A stretch of 64,000 nucleotides of DNA from Phoronis australis (lineage: Eukaryota > Animalia > Phoronida), in contig NMRA01000037.1 of NCBI GenBank assembly GCA_002633005.1, forward strand, positions 1,358,872 through 1,422,871. Direction: 5' to 3'. A model generated the notes under the pieces. The model was given only the letters and a program-made list of their open reading frames with translations, was not told where the DNA came from and did no database searches. Of the stretch, positions 12,633 through 24,162 are shown piece by piece. Numbering within the stretch: position 1 is the first letter of the stretch; each line of letters opens with the position of its first letter. The translations under genes and the position numbers were made by a program.

Positions 12633-12680
12633 GTGGCGCCCACAGACATCACAGAGTATTTTGATGTCTATGGTGGCGCC
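12633..12680. mobile_element. P-element-like excision footprint or mini-element (32 bp) with 8-bp TSD
   Basis: GTGGCGCC (12633-12640), then CACAGACATCACAGAGTATTTTGATGTCTATG, then GTGGCGCC (12673-12680). The arms are CA(T/C)AGACATCA inverted repeats. Confidence 0.65.
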
Positions 12681-15600
12681 ATTATCAATCATTCCAGTGG
12701 AATTTGCCGTTAATTTCCCGAATTTACTATACACAGTAATTCGCAAAACTCTTTACTGACAGAAACAACAACAGCAGATTTTAAGAGGCATTGAAGCTAC
12801 TCCATCGGCAAAAACAAACCTTCAGTTTCACTTCGTAAAATGATAGTGAGAATGCAAGCGTTTTAGCCTGACAGACGAGCTGTCCTCGAAAGAGTCATTT
12901 TGCCAGCGGTTTGTTTCCTCACCAATTGGTTGCAAAAAGCGCTCACTCCAATAAAACAAAGACATCGTATACCTGCGCATATGTGTCATTCGAAGTAATT
13001 AAGTGGTCTGGTTGCAAAGATGCCAGGAAAAACGTTAGTAATATAGCGGGAACTCAAACCTCCAGCAAAGCTCTAGTAAACGTGACCCTCACTATATAAA
13101 TTTTTTCCAACTCGCCAAAGTGCTAGAAAAAGCGCTGGCGTTTTAGCCATCATGTGAAACGGGTATTAGGTGCTTTAGGCGTCCGACTTTTGAAGTATAC
13201 AACTAAAAGTTGGTATTTCCTAAGCTCTTAAAACACCTTAGTGAATATGATATACATTTCGTAATGGGCGCCCACGTTGCATGTACAATAAAAAGAAATA
13301 AATGGGATACTTTTCTGCGAAATAGCTTAAAAAGAGTAAACGCTTAAAGGTACATTTAAAGGAAACTGGTGGTCGTGAACGAACTCAACAGAAATCGGCG
13401 CGTTCAAGTAGTGTTGACACATGTTCGTGAGAGCATATTTTGCAATCGGTCAATTGAGCTAGCGTTGATAACGACAAAAATCGCGATCTTGTTAATTGTT
13501 AATTTATTTAACACTAGATCACGCTCTTACAAAGACATATTAATGTATTTTTAACGGCTTTGCTTCATTAGTAGTTCTCTTGTTCCACCTTGAAACACAG
13601 CAAAATTATGGGCACATCATACACAACAAGAACGAGCTTGACAAGACGCTTTTAAATTTTTAAAAGTAAACATGTAAAGCTACCTACACGGCAAGGCTGA
13701 ACGGCGTTTTTAAAAACCTACCTTGTATGCCATGTTCCTTTTGTAGTTATCGGACATATATTCGCTCCTATACTGTCTCTTGAAGCTGTTCTTTATTTAT
13801 CTAAAACACAAATGATCAACAGCTGAAAGCCTGTCACAGAAAAATTGATGACGGAATATAAACATAAGTACCTTTTCTAAAATATTTTGAAATTGGGATA
13901 CGTGGATAACGGATGCAACTAGAAACTACGTACTTCAGCAGTAGAGTTTTTCCACTGTCTGTGGAATGCGTTTGGTAAATCGATATTTAACTGACTATTT
14001 TATCTGAAAGTTTATCACTTGAGATTGAAGACAAGTACAGAACAAAGATTACAAACAATGCGCGCACAGATAAGGAACCCATAACCAAATGGATTTTACC
14101 ACAGTAATTTTTAAATTCGTGGAAAAGCGCAATTAATGAAAGTAAAACGAGTCGCCAAAGTAATATGCAGTGTTGATCATCAAGTCTGAGATTACCTGCC
14201 ACTTCTCGGCGACTTTTCACACCGAACAGTAGGCCAAAGGATGCAATGCGTTAGGTTCAAAACTAAGTCTGAAATGCGAAGCGTTGAAATAACGGCACTA
14301 TTCTTTGTATTCAGTGTTTAAATCACTTTGATACGAGACCGTCTAACCAATGAAAAGTCTTCGTGACCACGTGACCTTCTGATCGTTGAAGCACTGGCGT
14401 TGCCGAGTGCGTGGGGCAAAACAACTAACCAATAATAAAGGCGGTTTCCATATTTGATGACATAAACAAAGTTAGGTCGGTGTTTTTATATTTGCCCACG
14501 GGTGTACATGCAAACGTGATGTCGTCAACAAATTTAGTTTCAGCTGCATTTGAGCTGTAGTACACGTGGCGTTAACAATATAGCTTGTCAGCAACTTTCG
14601 GCCTCCATGGGGTTGCTAGCAATTTCTTTAATCACTCATCTGAAATAAACGTGCATAGAAAATTTCACTCTTCCTGGTGTTTAGCTACATTTACATGTAG
14701 ATCGGAGCTATAAAATATTGAATTAAGGGCCAGAGTTATTTGTCTGTTCCCGCATTTAGCTTGTGAATGGTTGACCTTGTTTAATCAAACTCAACGGTTA
14801 AATCCCGTGCCTCAAATTTTGTTTCAGTTCAAGTTACCGTGACCGAGTCTTTTCTCTGCGTGATCGATTGACACTGTCCGCTCACTACAGCTATCCCATT
14901 GTAAATCAATTACGCGCAACGAAAATGTTGACAGTTACCATATGAAATTATTATGTATAGTCTTCGCGACGGTCTTTTACTACTCGACAAAGTTTTGTAC
15001 TTATTTGTGGAAGTAATAAATAGCAAACAGTTGCTAACTTATATGCCAAGGGAAGGTCAGGGTGGTGTACAACGTCCCTACACATAGATAAACTATGTAG
15101 TCTCCAAAAGCTGTCTTGAGAGAACTCTAACTGACATAATAATTAATCACAGAAGGAAACTACAGCATCATTGTATTGACGCAAGTAGAAACTTCAGCAG
15201 CTAATTAAGGAAATGCGTGGGTTAGAGCTAGGAACCAGTAGGTTAGAGATTCAATGTTCTCGTTAGTCTGCGAAAAGTAGTATTACATAACTAGGTGTCT
15301 GAATGCAACAGCTTGTCAGCACCAAGGCCTTTAGAAACAGTCTGTCGGGGTTACTGGCCACATACCTCCATTGAACTGAACTTCGTTGAGCGTAGCACTG
15401 AGATAGAAGCCAACTACTCGTTGTAGTTCTTTCTCTACCCCTTGGATCGCTGAACAGTCCGGAAAGCGATCGTTCAGCAAGCGAGGGTTCTTCTTTTTTA
15501 CATCGTTTACTCCCTGTTGTTATTGAGAAACCATGACTCTTGAAACGTCTCATCCGAACAGCCACAACGACGCAAGTGATTTCAAAATTGGCGGGCAAAC

Positions 15601-17071
15601 GTAGTATCAGTGAAACCCGCAACAAGGCGCTCAAAGCGTGCTCAACAAACATGGACAAGGGCGCAATGAACTTTCAACGCTCTTATTCAACACTCTCAAA
15701 GGCCCGTTACAAGCATATTACAAATATCTTTATAGGTGTTAATATTTTTAACAAAAACATCTGGCCAGTGATACGTCTGCAGTAACACTTCAGTGTTCGA
15801 TTTGGCGACCTGTAGCACGCTGAGGGTAAGATTATATTTCAGTGGCAACCTCCTGGGAAAAATCACAAGTCGCACCGAAGTCGCAACAACAAGTATCAAA
15901 ATCAGTCTAATTAATTGTCCCGAAATTCATTTCAAACTTTGCTATGATAAAGTTTTTTTAATTCTAGATTCAATATCTGTTGGTTTTTTTGTGAAACCAG
16001 TGCATTTGCCACCATCAGCAATCGGAACATATCAAAGACGCGCCCTAAAAATTACAGACGAGAGTCGGTATTGTTCAGCAAAAATTAGACAAGGTCGAAC
16101 CTTGAAACATGTGCCTCCGTCTCCATCCCCGCTGGCAGGAGGAATTGAGCCATAGATTAAATGGAGTGTATTAGTACGGGGAGAAATGGAAGGCATGCGT
16201 ATTTAAATGCGGGGAACGGCACGACGGTTTCATGTGAACACTGCAAGTTTTTATTCGAAATTACATCTAGCCGTGGTTTCGAGGAATATTTGGCAAATGT
16301 CACCCAGTTGCTAATCTGTGTTTGTAATGGAGGCATGAGACTGTTAGCCACTGTGCGTCAGCAACCCAGTCCCGTTTATCATCAACGCGCCATTGGCGAC
16401 AGCATAGCCATAGGCGATGACATGTAGCGTTACGCCAAATGGCGATATACATGTATTATGTCGATTAACAGTGCATTTTTCCAACAACTGTTCTTTTGCA
16501 ATCAGATTAGCCTTTCTTGTATAAATTTACAAAAAGAGCGGATTGATATTACCGTGTGTATCGGTGTGGTTCAACGATACGGCGCTTTTGTTAGAGCAGA
16601 TTCGTCTGCAAAGCGCAGACGATCAGTGTCCATGCAGCGCTCCATTTGGATTGCAGCGCAACTATAAATGTTTGAGAAACTAATTCAAATGCTTTTGGTC
16701 TTTGGTGGGATGTCTAGGCTTGAGTCTCTGCGACTCAATGATTTCAACTTATGGTTTGTGTGAGGCTTTTTAACTCGGCTGTCCGGCACCGCTCTTTAGT
16801 TGCCTTTGCGTGAAACACGCAACACAGTGAGAAACAAAAGAGTCGGAGGCAAGCAGTCAAAATAATGTATTGGTGCACAAAAAACAGCATTACGAATTTA
16901 ACACGCAAGTCGTGAAAGTCACGACAGGTCTATACGAGAGAAGTACGTCATTTTTGCGAAGCCATTTGGGTGATCACGGTCTATAGCCATTTGCCTAATT
17001 CAAGCGGTGTGGACTTTTCGAGTACAGCTGATCTAATCTAAACTAAACCAGTCGTATACTAATGCATGGTA

Positions 17072-18470
17072 ATTACTTGGCGAAATAAATTTCGCCAAGT
17101 ATATTGCTCTGACACTATGTTTGATTTTACTTGGCGAAATAAATTTCGCCAAGTATATTGCTCTGACACTATGTTTGTTTTTTTTTTTTTTTTTGTTTGT
17201 TCGCACGATACAGGTCGCAATTTTCGTCCGATCATCACGAAATTTACACATAACACGTACCTCCGGAAGTACTGGAAGCCTATTGTTTTTCGTCGAAATC
17301 GGATCCAAGATGGCGGCTGTGGCGGCCATTTTGTTTTCATTTTAAGATTCAAAGGCTTCTGGAGGCTACAATTTTTTACGTACAGAGCTGAAAATCAGCA
17401 CAATGAATGGCCCGGATGTGCATTACATATATGCCGGAAATTGTTTACTTCCGGTTAAAGATGGCNNNNNNNNNNNNNNNNNNNNNNNNNNNNNNNNNNN
17501 NNNNNNNNNNNNNNNNNNNNNNNNNNNNNNNNNNNNNNNNNNNNNNNNNNNNNNNNNNNNNNNNNNNNNNNNNNNNNNNNNNNNNNNNNNNNNNNNNNNN
17601 NNNNNNNNNNNNNNNNNNNNNNNNNNNNNNNNNNNNNNNNNNNNNNNNNNNNNNNNNNNNNNNNNNNNNNNNNNNNNNNNNNNNNNNNNNNNNNNNNNNN
17701 NNNNNNNNNNNNNNNNNNNNNNNNNNNNNNNNNNNNNNNNNNNNNNNNNNNNNNNNNNNNNNNNNNNNNNNNNNNNNNNNNNNNNNNNNNNNNNNNNNNN
17801 NNNNNNNNNNNNNNNNNNNNNNNNNNNNNNNNNNNNNNNNNNNNNNNNNNNNNNNNNNNNNNNNNNNNNNNNNNNNNNNNNNNNNNNNNNNNNNNNNNNN
17901 NNNNNNNNNNNNNNNNNNNNNNNNNNNNNNNNNNNNNNNNNNNNNNNNNNNNNNNNNNNNNNNNNNNNNNNNNNNNNNNNNNNNNNNNNNNNNNNNNNNN
18001 NNNNNNNNNNNNNNNNNNNNNNNNNNNNNNNNNNNNNNNNNNNNNNNNNNNNNNNNNNNNNNNNNNNNNNNNNNNNNNNNNNNNNNNNNNNNNNNNNNNN
18101 NNNNNNNNNNNNNNNNNNNNNNNNNNNNNNNNNNNNNNNNNNNNNNNNNNNNNNNNNNNNNNNNNNNNNNNNNNNNNNNNNNNNNNNNNNNNNNNNNNNN
18201 NNNNNNNNNNNNNNNNNNNNNNNNNNNNNNNNNNNNNNNNNNNNNNNTCATCATCTCCGTCGTTGTCTTTTCCGTTAATTTCGCCAAGTGTCGCACAAGA
18301 CTGTAGCCTTTTTCTTACTGATTTCGGACTTCTACGTTCGTCATGTGTATGTTATTAATACTTCTTTTGTTCACCATCGTCGTCATATTCGTCATCTTCG
18401 TCATCATCTTTCTCGTCATCTTTTTGGTTAATTTCGCCAAGGTTCGCTCCTCGGAGCGCTTTCATTATTT
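17072..18470 (+). mobile_element. DINE-1/HINE-like Helentron-type element spanning the N gap
   Basis: 5' stem-loop ACTTGGCGAAAT-AA-ATTTCGCCAAGT (17075-17100, duplicated at 17129-17154). A (TCGTCA/TCA)n microsatellite lies at ~18375-18420. The subterminal ATTTCGCCAAG is at 18431 and a 3' hairpin CGCTCC-TC-GGAGCG at 18445-18458. Confidence 0.65.
17466..18247. other. Assembly gap (782 N)
   Basis: Run of n. Confidence 1.
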
Positions 18471-20386
18471 AATTACTTTGATTCAGTAATGTGCACTTTC
18501 ACTCTAAGTTCTAAATGGAATCCGAACACTTTTAAAGACGAAACAGTGATCTCGGTACTGGAAGCCTTTCACAGACGCGAGATTGTTGTTGTTTACAAAA
18601 TACAAAAAACTCCCGCTTAGTTGATTATAATATTTATTGTAAATACATCTAGTAGAGTGAGCCATAGGTTGAACTTTAACGACCCTGAAAATCCAGCATC
18701 CAGCAATTAAACTACGTCAGCAACGAAGAGTACATGTATGTCTCCAACCTACGTATGCCTCCGAAGTCTACCGCTTCCAAAACATGCATCAGTGTAAATG
18801 ACTCGGGGTGACCTGTTTCTTTTAATAGTGATCGTGTCTTGATTTGAAAGTACGTGTACAACATGGGAACTTTTTCTATGCTAGATATGATAAAAATGAA
18901 ATTGGATTTTCATGCACTGCTGATCATTCCGAAAACGAATTTGTTTTCGATTGGAGTTTTCCTCGTTGAAGTGAACCCCTTGCTGGTATTGGTAGGAGAT
19001 AAATTTTGAGGAAACAAGCTCCGTAAATGGTAAACCGACTTCACGTATTTTCATTTAAAATTCACGACAATGTCTTACGCATTTCAGCGAGGTCTGAGCA
19101 TAGGTCCTAGCGTTACAGAACTCTACCCTTGTGGGTGTAGGACTTTGTCTTTCGCTGCATCACGAAGAGCGAACTCCGCAGCTATTCACCTGCGTTTGCC
19201 CCGAGCAGTTCCTGTAACTAAGTTTTAACCTCTTGATCCACCTGTGAACCAGGCACGTGACAACACGAGGACAACAGTGGGTTAATGATGGGAATGTCCA
19301 GTAATTATATCTCAAAAGTCATGAAAAGGAAAATTCAAAATGTGCACAGTTTAAAGATACGCGTATGTTTGCAAGAGATTTGACTCTTTCCGCTTCATTT
19401 TAGTTGCAAACTTCGTAAAACGAATGTTTACAACGCATGTTACTCCAGTCAAAACTAAGCCCAAATATTCCTCATTCAACACAACTCCAATTATTATCAA
19501 ACTTAACTAAATTTAATATGAATTTCTTTAGTTTAATTTTTATTTAGATGAGAAATGGCCGCCGTAGTGAGTGACAGCTGACTCGAGCATTATGGGTACT
19601 CGTTCAACTACCCCCTACGTAATGAAGTTTTCTCGAAAACCCCGCCCACTTTTAAAAAATACTTTAAAAAATAATAATAAAGCAAGGCAAGCACAAACAG
19701 GACTGAAAGTTACGAAATGTTTAGATTTTAGTGATATCTTTTGACTTACGAATCTCGTCCAGTGTTCTATATAGGTGAATGCTAAGGAAAAGAATATTTT
19801 AACAACCTCATGAATGAAAAATATTAAAATTTGGCTTGTAATATCCCTTAGCAGTTTCCATCTTTTGGATTACTGGTTTCCCTGCTTTATTGAGTGGTCC
19901 CGGCTGTATCGCATCAACGGGGTGGAAATGGTCTTCCAGAGGAATTCAGCCCGGAAAGCCGCATTAAAAAGCATTTAGTTTGGTCTCGTCGTATGGGCGT
20001 TAACCTTGCCACACGCAGTGTCTCAGCAAGTATTTGCAGGTGTCAGCAGCTAGTCGCAGTCGATCTTATTACATATTCATCTTCTCCGCTGGAGACACTC
20101 AAGCAGGACCCTGTCACTTGATTACTAAACAGGTGCTTCGGTGTGAAACCCGCGGAGTTCGGTGATAATAACAGATTTTAAACTGACACTGCTATCTTCT
20201 GGAACTTTTTCAACAACTGGAAATAATTATGTAGAAGTCTTATTTTTGTGCGACTATGAGTTTTTAGAATCAGTACATGAAAAGCAAACCTTAAAAGAGA
20301 AATGTTGAGAGTTTTAGGGATTTTGTGCCAACCTTCCCACGTATAGTAAACATGCACTACATAACGTATCAAAGCGGAAAGGCATT

Positions 20387-20540
20387 GGGGCTCGTTCCAT
20401 GAAAACTGGCTAAATTAAGACAAATCTTAAATTTCAGTCAACTTTGAGATTAAACTTAAATTTGTCTCAACTGTTTCAAGAAAGAGGTCTTACGTTTGAT
20501 TTAGGTTTTTGACTTAAGTTCTGTTTTAACTTTGACTAAC
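20387..20540 (+). mobile_element. PIF/Harbinger-like terminal inverted repeat (left end), same family as 10620-10721
   Basis: GGGGCTCGTTCCATGAAAACTGGCTAAATTAAGACAAATCTTAAATTTCAGT matches the reverse complement of 10660-10721. Confidence 0.5.
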
Positions 20541-21923
20541 TTACCGGAATACTTAGTTGAACAAAATAAAAAAATATCGGGTTATGTTTGAGAAACGTCT
20601 ATGCATTCATTGTCTCTGAATTTCATGCATTTTTAGCGGTACGAGTAGCCGTTTTAAACATTTCAGTTTTCAAGTGGCAACACTACAAAAAGAATCTTTA
20701 TTAAGTAAGCAATTGTTTTGATATGATTAGGAAAAACTCAAGTCACTTTCAGAATAACTTTGATGAAGTTGTACTTAATCATTGAAAAATTGTAGGGTTC
20801 ATCCTAAAACGGGAACTTGTCTATGTTTTTAACCCTCATCTACTCTAAAGAAGGTTAATAAGTGAAATTCACACTTAATAATAAAAAGAAAAGCAGAATA
20901 ATTATGTTAGCCTAGGCAACACAGTAGATTTTTCACCTCCTACAAACCAAAGGTTTATATATTAACTGGGTTCCACTATGTTGAAAAAGGCCCAGAAAGG
21001 CTAACAAAAATGTACGTACGTACCCCCAAGTGAAGTTCAGTATCACAAATGGCGATTGCAAATGAAATTGTTGCCTTTTAAGTAACAACATTGTGCTTAT
21101 TATCATCAACGAAAAATAAATGACCATATAGCCTTAGGCTAATGTTTCCATGTGATGCAGAAACAGTGATGTTGAAGAAAGTAAACGTGATTATTGTGTT
21201 GTCTGAAGTAAATATGAACCAAGTTGTATTCTATATCCGGAGGCAAAATACATATAACTTTGGAAAGCAAAACATTTCCAGAAAACAGTGTAGCTATTCT
21301 TTTAAATGGAGAGATTGTACGCTCTTTGACATGAAAGTCTCGGTTTTCACATTTCACTTTCATCGTCGGCACCCAACGAAAACCTTCTTATGCATTAGTT
21401 CGCATTATAAAACAAATTATTTACACTTTGATTGAAAAAAGGTTTTTCATAGTCTCGGTGAAGTTATGGAATAAGTAGAATCAACTTACTCAAACACTCA
21501 AATGTTGTGAGTTCATACGTTTCGGAATAGCCTACTCTCTACAGTCCTTAGTCAACGATTGATAAGGGTACGTCAAGGTTTCCCGCCGTTCTGTTCTCCG
21601 GAAGTATTATGACGTCGTAGGAAGGCGGAAGATGCAATCCTTGATCTCGATTCATGGTAGGCTTCTTATGGATTCCTGAACCTTCCTTGAGAACCATTTC
21701 TCCTCTTTAGCCAGGATCTTGGCATGTTTGCCGCATACAGTATGGCCACAGGTTCCCAGATGTTCTCCCACGCCAGCTAGTGGGCTTGTCCAGTTTATTG
21801 TGTTGTTTGATTCTGGTGCCACTCATGATTCGTGAAAACAAGCATGAAGACTTACCACAATATTCCGGCCAAATATCCAGCACAGACAGGAACCGCGGTT
21901 GAAAATAAAGCGGCCAGAGTCGA

Positions 21924-21962
21924 CCCATTAACTCGCCCGTAACTTACGGGCGAGTTAATGGG
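21924..21962. repeat. Perfect palindrome with 19-bp arms and a 1-nt loop
   Basis: CCCATTAACTCGCCCGTAA-C-TTACGGGCGAGTTAATGGG. Confidence 0.95.
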
Positions 21963-22496
21963 CGTAAGACTATCGTTGCGAACTGATGCTGAGCGTTCTT
22001 GCGCGTGCTTGAAGCATCCGAAAGTAGCATTGGTCATATTGACAAAATACCGTAACACCCCGCATACAAGCCGCCTTGGCTGGATTGCCACTGAAGTGCA
22101 GCAGCTGATCGGTCTAGAGGCCGGCATGTGAAGGGCATATGCCAGTGACGTCATTTTGGTCGTGTCAGTAGGAAAAGGGTCCCCACAATGTTCATTAGGG
22201 ACGCGAGTGTTTTGTTTATTTTTAGAAATATGTAATTCGCTTAGGCGATATCTAGCTATTAGACCATCTACGCGAGGAGGCCTCCTCGTGGCAAGAGTTG
22301 GGCAATGTTATCATGTTTAAAACGTTGAATACTGACAAACACCCTCTAGCTGACTTGCCGTTATTGCACTTGTCGAAGTGGCGGTCTAGTAGTCATTGAC
22401 CATGGCGATGAAAGTGACAATTTTAGACAAAACAAATGGAAACTCGTTGGTTCGTCTCAACTATACGGTAAAATCTTTGTGTCTATCATTTAGCCA

Positions 22497-23417
22497 GGCA
22501 ATGACCATCGCCTCTGTTGGCCCGAACCAGAGGCGATGCAGAGGCTATAGGCGCTCTGTACGCCGGAAGCTTTTCGGCGAGTTATGCCTCGCACCGACTG
22601 AACCATCAAAGTCACGTTGTTATAAATACCTTTTGCGCATAGAGGAACATCTGAGGAGGTTGTCGATGTGTTTAATTCCTTCCAACTCGAACAAATACTC
22701 CCATTATCAAACTTTTTCTTCGAGCAGTCCCTATTTCAGTTCCCAAAATCGTGAACTCAAAATTTTCATTTTTTTTAACCAGGCCGAAGGTCAGAAGTTG
22801 CGGTCCAACCGGCGAACTTTGAAAGCTGAAGTTCACGCCCTTTGCGTACGTGCTGCCGGGAACAAGCCGTGCATTTGCCGTGTTGTTAAACATTAAAATG
22901 TCAAATATGTGCACAAAGACTATTAAATGTAGTATCAACAGCATTTATTTTTATCAAATACAAACAATAATTCATTGAAATACAATCAGTTTCAAGTAAC
23001 GCCAATTAAAGACAGTGGCATTTTGGAAACGAACATTTGACTGACAAGATCGCAATGGCTCACCTTTGGCCTATTTAAAGATTGAGTTCATGAAGTCACA
23101 TCACCTAGCGAGCGCGGTACTAAAAATTGGAGCGTGCGCAGTATAAAAAAATGTTGAGTTCACGATTTTGGGAACTGAAATAGGGACTGCTCGAAGAAAA
23201 AGTTTCATAACATGAGTATTTGTTCGAGTTGGAAGGAATTAAACACATCGACAACCTCCTAAGGTGTTCCTCTATGCGCAAAAGTTATTTATAACAACGT
23301 GACTTTGATGGTTTAGTCGGTGCGAGGCATAATTCGCCGAAAAGCTTCCGGCGTACAGAGCGCCTATAGCCTCTGCATCGCCTCTGGTTCGGGCCAACAG
23401 AGGCGATGGTCATTGCC
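22497..23417. mobile_element. Foldback/MITE DNA transposon with ~270-bp TIRs and a long TSD
   Basis: 22497-22766 is a near-perfect reverse complement of 23148-23417. TATCATTTAGCCA is directly repeated at 22484-22496 and 23418-23430. No recognisable transposase lies inside. Confidence 0.92.
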
Positions 23418-23902
23418 TATCATTTAGCCAAAGTTGTGCTTTAGTAACCTTATCGATTACTAACAGTATAATTCGTAATACGGAACTTGTATCATTCACC
23501 GTTGAAAATGGTCAGAGCTTCCAACATCAGTTGTTGACTTTCGCCCACAACCAACGCTCCTTCTTCCATCATATTATTTACATCAGGAACTGGCGAACCA
23601 CTGTTTTCATGGGAATTTAAAGCCACGTTATTGTGCAAAACATTTTATTTTAGAGTTTACTTTCATTCCATTTCCGCTATCCATTCCGTAACTACTACTA
23701 CCTGGCAAAAATTGCGACTTTCCAGAGGTTGAGAGGCTTTCTCAGCAATTTAATTTGAAGATAAAAATTTAAGTAACTATTTTCTCGTTTATAACGACTA
23801 AACAATATTCCAATTGAGACTCTTAGTTGGTTTGTAAGTCCACTTGAACCCGTTCGATAGTATGATTCTATCAATTTTAAGGTACAGCGAGTTCTACAAG
23901 TT

Positions 23903-23977
23903 CATGGGCGGCGCATCATAGGGAGCTGGGGCGGGAGGCTATAGTCCCCCCACTTTTTCAGTGCTGCGCCGCCTATG
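23903..23977. mobile_element. 75-bp MITE (CATGGGCGGCGCA...TGCGCCGCCTATG) with related copies at ~27602-27733, ~43390-43470 and ~53640-53745
   Basis: 13-bp terminal inverted repeats and a GC-rich GGGGCTATAGCCCCC core. AAGTT flanks this copy on both sides. Confidence 0.65.
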
Positions 23978-24162
23978 AAGTTTGCCCTGCGGCTACACAC
24001 AAATGTCATGGCTAGGGCCGAGCGTGAAAGATATGGTTTATACTAACTACATGTACATGTTGAAGCCTATAACTTACCGGACAAGTCTATTTCGGATGAA
24101 ACTTGATAAATTCAGCGTCACACTATGTTGCAGCAACAACGTGAGGACGGCGGACGGCGGCA

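Noticed and set aside
15076-15105. CATAG...CTATG mini-palindrome as a third P footprint
   Set aside because: No 8-bp flanking duplication.
15260-16100. Possible L1/Tx1 RT remnant on the minus strand (RAFESVE, LSQCYA)
   Set aside because: The motifs are too degraded to support without a profile search.
17403-18306. Three ORFs of ~290 aa in the ORF track
   Set aside because: Artefacts of translating the N gap.
19071-19262. TGT...ACA-bounded GC-richer segment as a solo LTR
   Set aside because: No TSD, poly(A) signal or second copy in the window.
21575-21635. Cluster of E2F-, ETS- and CRE-like motifs resembling a housekeeping promoter
   Set aside because: The motifs are short, lie in repeat-derived context, and no associated gene can be identified.
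22396-22944. 166-aa and 90-aa ORFs over the foldback arm
   Set aside because: No domain similarity; they are incidental ORFs in inverted-repeat DNA.
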